From: a virus
Strand: one strand, 5' to 3'
IMG/VR virus record: IMGVR_UViG_3300048912_000197
Location: 1-47,776 of that record
Length of the DNA stretch: 47,776 nucleotides
Position numbers and translations under genes: made by a program. Below, piece by piece: positions 1 to 7,870 of the stretch. Positions within the stretch are counted from its first letter, which is position 1; the number at the start of each line of letters is the position of its first letter. Under the pieces are notes generated by a model, which worked only from the letters and a program-made list of their open reading frames with translations, did no database searches and had not been told where the DNA came from.

Positions 1-127
1 TGCAAAATCCCATTCTCGCAAACATCCAAGCCCAATTCGGTCAGCAGCCCCCGCAGCAGCAGGCGGCCTTCCCGCAGGCCGCGCAGGTGGCGCAGCCCGG
101 ACAATTCCCGCAGCAGCAGTACCAGCA
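1..127. repeat. Terminal direct duplication, copy 1 (identical to 47650..47776); overlap of a circular or terminally redundant genome assembly
   Basis: Bases 1-127 (tgcaaaatcccattctcg ... cagcagtaccagca) recur exactly at 47650-47776, so the window ends where it begins. Unique length is 47,649 bp. Confidence 0.95.
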
Positions 128-890
128 GCAGCCCATGCAAGCACCTGGCGGCTTCCCGCAGCAGCAGGTCCAGCAGCCCATGCAAGCACCTGGCGGCTTC
201 CCGGCGCAGCCGCAGCAGTTTGCCCCGCAGCAGCAGATCCCCGTGGGCATGCCCGGCATGGGACAGCAGCCCGGCTTCGGCGCGCAGGTGGGCTTCGGCC
301 AGCAGCCTGGCGGCTTCCCCGGTCAGGCGCAGCCCGGCTTCGCAGCGCCCGGCCAGGGTCCTGCGTTCGGCGGTCAGCAGCCTGGCTTCGCAGCGCAGCC
401 GGTGAACATCGATGCCATGCTTTCCGGTGTGGAGTCCGCGCAGGTTAGCACCCGCTATCCGCGCTTGAACGCGGGGCACCTGTACGCGCTGCGCCTCGAG
501 CGCGTGGAATTCAAGAATTTCCGCGAAGGCGGCAGCGGCATGATCGCCGAATTCCGGGTGGAAAACTCGGACGATCCGGGCCTTCCCCCCGGCTCGTACG
601 CCAGCCACCTGATCGCCCACAATGACAACTTTGCGGGCAACGTGCAGCAGTTTGGCCTGGCTTTCTTGGGCATCCAAGGCAGTGCGCCCGAAGCTGCGCA
701 GTACAAGCCCTATATCACCCCGATCCTGAAAATCGACAGCGGCAACGCGCCGCCGAACCCGCAGATCCAGATCAGCATGATCGGACGGATCGCCGGTGCC
801 CGTGCAGAGCGGCGCGAGTCCAAGAAACGCCGCAACCAGGACGGCACGCAGGCCATGTACACGCTGGTCACGTTCACCCCGATGACGTGA
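1..890 (+). CDS. Q/P/G-rich low-complexity protein with a globular C-terminal domain (3' portion; the gene wraps the circular junction and the true ATG is at 47649)
   Basis: The frame of ORF 87..890 stays open back to base 1. It is in phase with the ATG at 47649 once the 127-bp duplicate is collapsed, giving 296 aa in total. About 135 N-terminal residues are Q/P/G/F/A low complexity. The C-terminal ~150 aa have ordinary composition. No domain recognised. Confidence 0.75.
   Translation, partial: QNPILANIQAQFGQQPPQQQAAFPQAAQVAQPGQFPQQQYQQQPMQAPGGFPQQQVQQPMQAPGGFPAQPQQFAPQQQIPVGMPGMGQQPGFGAQVGFGQQPGGFPGQAQPGFAAPGQGPAFGGQQPGFAAQPVNIDAMLSGVESAQVSTRYPRLNAGHLYALRLERVEFKNFREGGSGMIAEFRVENSDDPGLPPGSYASHLIAHNDNFAGNVQQFGLAFLGIQGSAPEAAQYKPYITPILKIDSGNAPPNPQIQISMIGRIAGARAERRESKKRRNQDGTQAMYTLVTFTPMT
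126..202 (+). repeat. In-frame tandem repeat (45-bp period) inside the low-complexity coding region
   Basis: A 32-bp perfect direct repeat cagcagcccatgcaagcacctggcggcttccc lies at 126-157 and 171-202, encoding QQPMQAPGGFP twice. Confidence 0.9.
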
Positions 891-1023
891 CCAGTCCAAC
901 GGGGTCAGCGCGCTGCAACGCGTTGGCCCCGTTGCTTGCCGGCGAATGGTGGCGATCAGGGATGATCGCGCGGTTCGAGTCCGCACGCTGGCCCACTAAC
1001 GCAACACTAACGAAAGGCCCCCC

Positions 1024-1899
1024 GTGCCCGAAGCCTCGATCCAACTAATGTCCGCGCTCGCGCTGCCCGTGGGCGCTGCGCAATTTGATCACGTGTTCTG
1101 CGATGCGCCCTACAGCCCGCACGTTCACAAGAGCGCCAGCACCATGCGCGGGGGCGTTGCCAAGAAACGCGATCTAGGCTTCGCGCACCTGTCCGCGCAG
1201 CTGCGCCGGCACATTGCTGCGCACGTGGCGCACGCTAATTCGTGGTCCCTGATCCACACCGATTGGGAAGGGCTGAACACGTGGCGGCACTCACTCACGG
1301 CAGCCGGCGCGCAGTACATTCGCGCGATCCCGTGGTGCAGGTGGAGCATGCCGCAGCTGTCTGGCGATCGTCCGCCGCAGGGCAGCGAATGCGTGATCGT
1401 GGCCTACGGCAAAAAGCAGGGCGCGAAGATCTGGCACGGCCCCGGCAACCTGGTAAGCCTCGAGCACGAAACGATCCCGAGCTCCCGGCAGCTTTTCGGC
1501 GTGCCTGACGAGGGCGAGATCTCGGCCGTGTACCACAAGTGCCTGCGAGGGGAAGGCAAGCACGGCACGGAAAAGCCGCTCGATCAAATGCTCGATCTGG
1601 TGGAATGGTTCAGCGAGCCCGGCGAATGGATCGTGGACCTGACCACGGGCAGCGGGACTGCGGTTGTGGCTGCGCTCTTGCTCGGGCGAAATTCGATCGG
1701 CTTCGATACCGATCCCGAGTGGGCCCACCCCGAAGCAGGCAAGGCCGTGGCGCGCGTACGTGGCGCGCTGCAGGGCATCCTTTCGGACCGGGACACCGAA
1801 CGCGCGCAGCGGTACCTGGTGGCCAAGGAAGCGCGTGACGTGGACGCCGCGCGCCGCGCCGCCGTGACGGACAAGGCAAGGGCAAGGCTCGCCAAATGA
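1024..1899 (+). CDS. DNA methyltransferase, beta-class N6-adenine/N4-cytosine type (orphan, no nuclease partner seen)
   Basis: 291-aa ORF with a GTG start. An N-terminal F-C-D-A-P-Y-S motif is a DPPY variant (catalytic motif IV). C-terminally, G-T-E-K-P-L is followed by V-D-L-T-T-G-S-G-T (AdoMet-binding motif I). The order IV then I defines the beta class. The stop overlaps the polymerase ATG (ATGA). Confidence 0.85.
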   Translation: MPEASIQLMSALALPVGAAQFDHVFCDAPYSPHVHKSASTMRGGVAKKRDLGFAHLSAQLRRHIAAHVAHANSWSLIHTDWEGLNTWRHSLTAAGAQYIRAIPWCRWSMPQLSGDRPPQGSECVIVAYGKKQGAKIWHGPGNLVSLEHETIPSSRQLFGVPDEGEISAVYHKCLRGEGKHGTEKPLDQMLDLVEWFSEPGEWIVDLTTGSGTAVVAALLLGRNSIGFDTDPEWAHPEAGKAVARVRGALQGILSDRDTERAQRYLVAKEARDVDAARRAAVTDKARARLAK

Positions 1900-4058
1900 G
1901 TGCCCTGATCGAAGGCTACGACGCGCCGCGCATTCGCGGACTGCAGGTGCCGAAGCTCGGGCCGCTCTGCAGCTTCGATACGGAAACGCACCTGATCACC
2001 AACCTGCACCCCGTGCCGCGCATGGTGTGCTTTTCGTACGCCACCGTGGATCCGGTGCTGTCGGGGTGCCTCGCAGCGATCGGGATGCCTGCCAGCGGCG
2101 TGCTGGACGCAGTGACGGGCTGCGCGTTCTTTCGACTGCTGACCACGTGGGGGGTGCGTTGGGTCGGCCATAACACCGCGTATGACCTGGCGGTGATCGC
2201 GCAGTTTGCGGACTACTTCGAACGCGAGCGCTGCGAAGCTGCTGCGCCGGGCCACGGCCCCATGCTGCTCTTGGTCGCGTCACTGCTGCAGGCAGGGCGC
2301 GTCCACGACACCATGATCCGCGAAAAGCTCTTGGACATTTCGCGCGGGCGGCTGCGCGGGTTCAAGGCCGATGACGGTTTTTGGGTCAAGCTAAATTACG
2401 GACTCGAAGATCTCGCGCGCCGTCACTTGAAACTGCAGCTAGACAAGGACACTTGGCGGCTGCGGTACGCAGAGCTGGACGGGCTGCCGATCGAGCAGTG
2501 GCCGCGCGAAGCCGTGGACTATGCGCGGATCGATGCCGAAGCCACGCTAGGCTGCCATCTCAAGCAGGACCGGATCAACGCCAGCACGTCCGAGGGGCCG
2601 TATCACTACGCAGGATCGCTGCAGAATGAAGCTGCGCAGTGCCGCAAATTGTTCGGCCTGCACCTGATCAGCGCCCACGGACTGCGCACCGATCCGGACG
2701 GGATCGATCGCCTCGAGCACCACGCGCAGCACTATTTTGACGAGCTTTCGGCCTTCCTGCAGGAATACGGCTTGGTGCGCTCGGACGGCTCGCGAGACAC
2801 CAAGGCGGCCAAGGATCGCATGGTGGCGCAGTGCGCCGAGCAAAAGCTGCCGGTGCGCATCACCAAGACCGCAGATAAAAAGCTTTCGGCCGGCGAAGCG
2901 CTCAAGCAGTACGAGGGGATCGCGCTGGACAAGGACGCATGCGAAGCCACCGGCGATCTGGTGCTCGAAGCGTACAGCGAGATCACGAGCTTCCGCACGG
3001 TGCTTTCGAAAGACGTGGAAGCACTGCGCCGCGGGCAGTGGCTGCCGATCCACACTCGATTTGACTCGCTGCTGCAGACCGGGCGCACGAGCTCAAGCAA
3101 GCCCAACGTGCAAAACCCGCGCAGGCTCGAAGGCGTGCGCGAGTGTTTCGTGCCCCGCGCAGGTTACTGGTACTTGCAGGCGGACTTTTCCGGCCTCGAG
3201 CTGTCCACCATGGCGGAAGCCGCCAAGGCACTGGTGGGCTGGTCCGCTCTGGCGGAAGCGATCTGCAAGGGGTTGGACGCGCACACCGATCTGGCCGCCA
3301 CCATTCTCGGGATCTCGTATGACGAGTGCCGCGCCTGGCTCAAGCGGAAGAAAACCCACGGCAAGGACGATCCGCAATATCTCGCAGCGTACAACGCGCG
3401 CCAGACCGCCAAGGTGGCTAACTTTGGTTTCCCTGGTGGCCTTGGTGCTGAACGGCTCGTAATCTTCGCGCGCAAGCTGTACCGCGTGACGCTGACGATC
3501 GAGCAGGCGAAGCAGCTCAAGCAGATCTGGCTTTCGAAGTGGCCCGAATTCCGGACGTACTTCGATATCATTGGCAAGCGCGTGGAAGCTGGCGGCGCGA
3601 TCCGGCAGCTATACGTGGATCGCATTCGTGGCGGCGCAACGTATACCGAAGCGTGTAACACATACTTCCAAGGACTCGGATCGGACGTCACCGGGGAAAG
3701 CATTTGGGACCTGGTGGCCGAGTGTTACGGCTTCGGCCCCATGGGGGATCAAAGCCCGCTGTATGGGTGCCGGATCGTCAATTACGTGCATGACGAATTC
3801 ATTTTGGAAGTGCCTGCAGATCTGGCGATCGCAAACGCCGCGGGCAGGCGGCTGCTCGAAGTAATGCGGATCAGCAGCAACCGGTTGGTTCAGCACGTAC
3901 CGATCACCGTTGACGAATTTGTGATCATGCGTTACTGGTCCAAGGACGCGGCCCATATAGAGGACGATCACGGGATCGTGCTGCCGTGGGGCACACCGGC
4001 TAATTGGGAGCAAGGGTTACCCACTGCAGCACTCGGGGGCTTGCCGAAAGCAGCATGA
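1896..4058 (+). CDS. DNA polymerase, family A (Pol I-like) with 3'-5' proofreading exonuclease domain
   Basis: 720 aa. Exonuclease motifs FDTETH, HNTAYDLAV and YARIDAEA are present. Polymerase motif A is DFSGLELS, motif B is RQTAKVANFGFPGGLG, and motif C is NYVHDEFILE. No 5' nuclease domain. Confidence 0.93.
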   Translation: MSALIEGYDAPRIRGLQVPKLGPLCSFDTETHLITNLHPVPRMVCFSYATVDPVLSGCLAAIGMPASGVLDAVTGCAFFRLLTTWGVRWVGHNTAYDLAVIAQFADYFERERCEAAAPGHGPMLLLVASLLQAGRVHDTMIREKLLDISRGRLRGFKADDGFWVKLNYGLEDLARRHLKLQLDKDTWRLRYAELDGLPIEQWPREAVDYARIDAEATLGCHLKQDRINASTSEGPYHYAGSLQNEAAQCRKLFGLHLISAHGLRTDPDGIDRLEHHAQHYFDELSAFLQEYGLVRSDGSRDTKAAKDRMVAQCAEQKLPVRITKTADKKLSAGEALKQYEGIALDKDACEATGDLVLEAYSEITSFRTVLSKDVEALRRGQWLPIHTRFDSLLQTGRTSSSKPNVQNPRRLEGVRECFVPRAGYWYLQADFSGLELSTMAEAAKALVGWSALAEAICKGLDAHTDLAATILGISYDECRAWLKRKKTHGKDDPQYLAAYNARQTAKVANFGFPGGLGAERLVIFARKLYRVTLTIEQAKQLKQIWLSKWPEFRTYFDIIGKRVEAGGAIRQLYVDRIRGGATYTEACNTYFQGLGSDVTGESIWDLVAECYGFGPMGDQSPLYGCRIVNYVHDEFILEVPADLAIANAAGRRLLEVMRISSNRLVQHVPITVDEFVIMRYWSKDAAHIEDDHGIVLPWGTPANWEQGLPTAALGGLPKAA

Positions 4059-4237
4059 AAAAGAAAGAAAAGGCGCAAGTCCTGGCGTTGTGTGCGAAGC
4101 AGCTGGCCACAAGCCTCGAGCGCGGCAGCGTGGGCGGGCAGGAGCTGTCCGCGGACGGGCGCGACTATGTGCTTGAGCAGGTGGCGATCTTGCTCAAGCG
4201 CGCGGAAGTCCTGCGCGCTTCCAAGGTGCCGGGGTGA
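4055..4237 (+). CDS. hypothetical protein (60 aa)
   Basis: The ATG overlaps the polymerase stop (ATGA). High third-position GC. No recognisable motif. Confidence 0.55.
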   Translation: MKKKEKAQVLALCAKQLATSLERGSVGGQELSADGRDYVLEQVAILLKRAEVLRASKVPG

Positions 4238-4515
4238 TCCCCTTCCTGCTGTACGGGTTCAGCCCGCCTGATTGGCCCCTTGCTCGGGACCGCTGGCGCG
4301 CGTGGGTGCGCGAGCAGATCAAGCCCCCGCCCGAAAGCACCGCCGTGATCGTGGTGGACCGGGCCCCCACCGGCACGGGGCGCTGGTGCCGCGTTGGAAC
4401 GGGCCTGCCGCAGCCGCGCAAGGGTAAGGGCCACTGGCTCGTGCTCTGCGACTGCGGGCGGCAGCACGAGGCATTTTCGACGGACGGCAGGCCCGTGCAG
4501 GTATGGCACGCCTAG
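4234..4515 (+). CDS. hypothetical protein (93 aa)
   Basis: The GTG start overlaps the previous stop (GTGA). High GC3. No recognisable motif. Confidence 0.55.
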   Translation: MIPFLLYGFSPPDWPLARDRWRAWVREQIKPPPESTAVIVVDRAPTGTGRWCRVGTGLPQPRKGKGHWLVLCDCGRQHEAFSTDGRPVQVWHA

Positions 4516-5009
4516 TCACTGCCGGGGACGCGATCTCGCTTGCCTTCGACAGCGGGGGCAACGTGGGGATCTCGGTTGCGGTGGGTACCGCGATCGCGTT
4601 CGCCACCACCGCGCCGCTGTCGAAGCTCAAGCGCGGCAGCAAGCACCCCGCCCGCGTGCTGCTCGAAAACATGGTGCGCAGCAACGCACCCCACCAGGTC
4701 AACGCGTGGATCGAGTACCCGGACCACAACGCGGGGATCCCGGTCAAAAAGCTGATCAAGATGGCTTCCAATGCTGGGGAGCTATTCGGGCTCTTGGAAG
4801 AGCTAGGCTATGCGGCGCAGTACGTGACCGTTTCCGAGTCCAAAGGCTCGGTCAGAAAAGAGATCGCAAACGAACGCACGATCAAGGCGCTGACGTTGGA
4901 AGAGCGCGCCGCGATCGCCAGCGAGCAGCACCACTGCCTGGACGCAGTGGGCCTGCACTTGTTCAAACTAGGCCGCGTTATGCGTGGCGGTGGAAGGTGG
5001 TTAGAGTGA
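4503..5009 (+). CDS. hypothetical protein (168 aa)
   Basis: ATG start and consistently high GC3. The 411-aa ORF 4394..5629 in another frame is R/G/A-rich shadow sequence over this stretch. Confidence 0.6.
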   Translation: MARLVTAGDAISLAFDSGGNVGISVAVGTAIAFATTAPLSKLKRGSKHPARVLLENMVRSNAPHQVNAWIEYPDHNAGIPVKKLIKMASNAGELFGLLEELGYAAQYVTVSESKGSVRKEIANERTIKALTLEERAAIASEQHHCLDAVGLHLFKLGRVMRGGGRWLE

Positions 5010-5629
5010 CGGCCCAGAAAACCGAGATCGTACAGGCGCAGGCCGAAATGGTGAAAGAGCGCGCAGACGTTGATCAGATCGTGGCGTACGTCGAAGCGCT
5101 GCAGGTGGTGGATCAAAAAACCGCGGACTTCGCCGGGCAGCTCGTGAAAGACGCCAAGGCACGCTTTAAGCAGCTGGACGAACGGGAAAAGACGATCACC
5201 AAGCCGCTAAACGAGGCGCTCAAGGCTGCGCGGGATCTCTTCCGAGCTCCCAAGGACGGGTACGAACGGATCGAAAAGCTGCTGAAATTAAAGGTCGCGA
5301 ATTGGTCTGCGCAGCAGGCCGCGGCGCAGCGCCAGCAGTACGAGCTTGCAGCGCAGTCCTACGCACAAGGCAATCAGGCGGCGGCCTCGAGCGCGCTCGC
5401 GCAGGCGGCCACGGCTTCGGCTGCTGCGCTGCCCGCGGGCATGTCCGTGCGGTACGTGTGGGACTACAAGATCACGGACGCGCAGGCGGTGCCGCGCGAG
5501 CTCTGCAGCCCGGACGATACCAAGATCAAGGCCGCGATCTCGGTCACGCCCGCGGTGCAGGGCGCGGTCCCGCCCACGTGCCCCGGCCTCGTATTCGAGC
5601 TGCGCCCAATCGTCACGCAGCGCGGCTAG
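5006..5629 (+). CDS. coiled-coil protein, possibly Gp157-like (replication/recombination module accessory)
   Basis: The GTG at 5006 overlaps the previous stop (GTGA). It is the plausible coding part of ORF 4394..5629. A heptad-rich K/E/A/Q N-terminal half is followed by ...VRYVWDYKITDAQAVPRE..., which resembles the C-terminal signature of siphovirus Gp157-type proteins (from memory, unverified). Confidence 0.55.
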   Translation: MTAQKTEIVQAQAEMVKERADVDQIVAYVEALQVVDQKTADFAGQLVKDAKARFKQLDEREKTITKPLNEALKAARDLFRAPKDGYERIEKLLKLKVANWSAQQAAAQRQQYELAAQSYAQGNQAAASSALAQAATASAAALPAGMSVRYVWDYKITDAQAVPRELCSPDDTKIKAAISVTPAVQGAVPPTCPGLVFELRPIVTQRG

Positions 5630-5632
5630 CCA

Positions 5633-6601
5633 TCAGTACGCAGTGATCAGCAGGTAGCCCGGGCCGCCGTCAACGCCCGGCAGCCCGATCGTGGACGCGT
5701 CATCCGCGGCCGGGCCGCCCGCGCCGCCGCCGCCGTAACCGTCCGGTGTGGAGTCATAGCCGCTGCCGGAATTGCCGCCGTTGCCGCGGTCAAATTCCCA
5801 ATCGTTAGCGGCCAAGTAGCCCCGCCCGCTTTCGCCGTACTCGGCCCCGCCCGGGGTGCTTTCCGAGTTACCGCCGCCGCCACCACCGGGGTGCCCCACG
5901 TTCTTGCCGTCACCGCCGAAGCCGCCGCTATGGGTGCTTCCCGCCGAAGCCACTGCGCCGATGGCAGACGTACCGGCAGCGCCTGGCGTGGGGCCTGCGC
6001 CACCGCCACCGCCGCACGCGCCCGCACCGCCCGCGCCGCCCGTGGTGGTGCCGCCACCGGTGCCGGCGCTGCCGCCTTGCGCGAGCGCCTTTCCAAAGTA
6101 GGTGTCACCGCCTGCGGTGCCGTTCGCGCCCGAAGCGAGGCCGCCCGCGCCGGCCTTGCCCACCTGGTACAGAACGGACGAGCCGAACGCAGTGCGCAGA
6201 TCGTCCGCCTGATACGTGCGCTTGAACCGCCGCCCGCTGCCGCCGCCGCCGCCCGCGCCAGCGCCTTCGATATCGTTTCCAGCGCCGCCGCCGCCGCCGC
6301 CCGCGATCAATTCCACTTCCACGGTCTGCGCCCAATCGGGCACCGTGTAGCTGCCAGTCACGTTGGACGTACCGCCACGGACCAAGAACGTTTCAGGGCG
6401 CTGCGCCAGGTACCGGATCCACTGCCCAACCAGGTTCCCCCACCAATTCCATTTAAGGGGGCTCGGGCGCTGATTGGGCAGGTAGCCTTCCTGCGAAAGC
6501 CCAACGTCCAGCGCCACCTTGTTCGGCTGTCCAATGTTCGGGCCGGTGGTGTAATTCGCGTTGGTGGCGAAGTCCGGATAATTTGCGGGCTGAGTGGTCA
6601 T
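5633..6601 (-). CDS. glycine-rich-domain tail fibre / receptor-binding protein
   Basis: 322 aa. ...SYTVPDWAQTVEVELIAGGGGGGAGND... is followed by long G-rich tracts. This beta-strand plus poly-G hallmark is typical of phage glycine-rich fibre proteins. It is the last gene of the late strand. Confidence 0.65.
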   Translation of the reverse strand: MTTQPANYPDFATNANYTTGPNIGQPNKVALDVGLSQEGYLPNQRPSPLKWNWWGNLVGQWIRYLAQRPETFLVRGGTSNVTGSYTVPDWAQTVEVELIAGGGGGGAGNDIEGAGAGGGGGSGRRFKRTYQADDLRTAFGSSVLYQVGKAGAGGLASGANGTAGGDTYFGKALAQGGSAGTGGGTTTGGAGGAGACGGGGGAGPTPGAAGTSAIGAVASAGSTHSGGFGGDGKNVGHPGGGGGGNSESTPGGAEYGESGRGYLAANDWEFDRGNGGNSGSGYDSTPDGYGGGGAGGPAADDASTIGLPGVDGGPGYLLITAY

Positions 6602-6611
6602 GGATCACCTA

Positions 6612-7238
6612 TCAGTGGATCACTTCATTGACGAAACCGCCACCGCCTGATCCATCATAGGCGGTGAACCCAAGATCGGCGCTGGTCACTTCGCTGTCAC
6701 TAGTCGCGAACGTGAAAAACGTTTCCACGTCCGGATCGAAATAGATCACTTCGCACTGCGTGGTCAGGCTGCGCGCGGCGCAGATCATGGCCGCCATTGC
6801 GGTGCGTGCGGTGGTATCGGTTTGGTAGATCGATCCGGCAATGTCGTGGACTTCGAGCACGAAACCATTGGGCCGGGATAGGTACTTGCAGAACGCGCCA
6901 CCCTGCACGTCCAGCAAAGCCTTGGCCACGCGGATCACGTTGTTTCCGCGGCCCCTCGAGCGGTTCACTGCAATGCGCCCGCGAATGAAAACGCGGTACA
7001 CGTCATCGGTCTGACCCTGCCGCGGCTGCCCCACCAGCTGACCAAGCAAGTTCAGGTGGACACCGGTTGCGCTCGCGAGCAGCCGGCTTGCGATGATATC
7101 CCAAAGCGCATCTTCCGCGCCTTGCCACATGCGCGCATACGAGCCGATCCACGCAGCAATACGCGGCCGGTCTTGGTACTGCGAGATCAGGCGATCGAGC
7201 GCTTCCCGTTCGTGCTGGATCCGGGTGGGTACGGCCAT
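6612..7238 (-). CDS. DUF2612-like baseplate / fibre-associated protein
   Basis: 208 aa. The pattern ...LDRLISQYQDRPRI...LLGQLVGQPRQGQTDDVYRVFIRGRIAVNRSRG... matches the DUF2612 / tail-protein-I style motif (LD..G...G..R.g..Dd.YR..I). Recalled from memory. Confidence 0.5.
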   Translation of the reverse strand: MAVPTRIQHEREALDRLISQYQDRPRIAAWIGSYARMWQGAEDALWDIIASRLLASATGVHLNLLGQLVGQPRQGQTDDVYRVFIRGRIAVNRSRGRGNNVIRVAKALLDVQGGAFCKYLSRPNGFVLEVHDIAGSIYQTDTTARTAMAAMICAARSLTTQCEVIYFDPDVETFFTFATSDSEVTSADLGFTAYDGSGGGGFVNEVIH

Positions 7239-7241
7239 GGG

Positions 7242-7538
7242 TCACTTTCCGAGCAGGTGCCCACCGTACTGCGCAAGCCGGGGAAGCGCGAAGTACAAGA
7301 ACACCAGCAAGGCCAGCAGCGCGATCAGGCGCTGCCCATGGTCCACCGGGATCCCGTTCAGGATCCGGAAAAACCAGCGCACCGGCGCGGGCGCGGGCGT
7401 TGACTCGGGCTCGCCTTGGTCTCGCGGGCGCACGTAAATGCCCGGCGAAGTGGGCATGTCATTGGCGAAGTCCGCAGGCTCGGGTGCTTCGCGCAGGCGC
7501 GCGAGCGCGCGATCGTATTCGTCCTTGGCGTTGTTCAT
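7242..7538 (-). CDS. small tail-anchored membrane protein (lysis-cassette candidate: holin/spanin-like)
   Basis: 98 aa. There is a single C-terminal hydrophobic helix, LIALLALLVFLYFALPRL. The ATG overlaps the upstream stop (ATGA). Confidence 0.6.
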   Translation of the reverse strand: MNNAKDEYDRALARLREAPEPADFANDMPTSPGIYVRPRDQGEPESTPAPAPVRWFFRILNGIPVDHGQRLIALLALLVFLYFALPRLAQYGGHLLGK

Positions 7539-7870
7539 GTGGGTGCCGGCACTGGTGTGTGGATCGGGGTGCGCTTTTCGAGCTCTGCCACTCGGCCGCG
7601 CAGTTTCTTGTGATCTTCGCCGAAGCCGAGCACCGCGTTTCCAACCATGCCTTCCAAGCGGGCCATGGCCATGGCCTGCTCCCCAGCAGCGGCCTGCAGC
7701 TTGCGCAGCTCGGCGGCGGTCGTTTCGTCGCGTCCCTTGGTCGCTTCCAAGAGATCCTTGATCTCTTTCTGCGTATCCTCGAGCGCATCGAAACGCTTTC
7801 CGAGCGCTTCGAACATGCCCACCATTGCGGCCTTGCCCGGGGACGGTTGCTGCTGGTGCTGGTCAGACAT
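7535..7870 (-). CDS. coiled-coil protein (lysis-cassette associated)
   Basis: 111 aa, heptad-like E/K/A/L-rich. Translationally coupled on both sides by 8-nt and 4-nt overlaps. Confidence 0.6.
   Translation of the reverse strand: MSDQHQQQPSPGKAAMVGMFEALGKRFDALEDTQKEIKDLLEATKGRDETTAAELRKLQAAAGEQAMAMARLEGMVGNAVLGFGEDHKKLRGRVAELEKRTPIHTPVPAPT

Noticed and set aside
87-420. CRISPR-like or microsatellite array suggested by the repetitive CAG/CCG-rich sequence at the window ends
   Set aside because: The repeats are in-frame codon repeats (Q/P/G) within an open reading frame, with a 45-bp period and only two perfect copies. There is no repeat-spacer architecture.
904-993. Calling a bona fide tRNA gene here
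   Set aside because: There is a T-loop consensus and an acceptor-like pairing, but I could not build a D-arm or a 5-bp anticodon stem with a 7-nt loop. U8 and U33 equivalents are missing. It is kept only as a 'tRNA-like fragment' finding.
960-995. attP core / lysogeny module based on the tRNA 3'-like sequence
   Set aside because: No integrase, excisionase or CI-type repressor gene is recognisable anywhere in the 47.6 kb, so an integration site is not supported by gene content.
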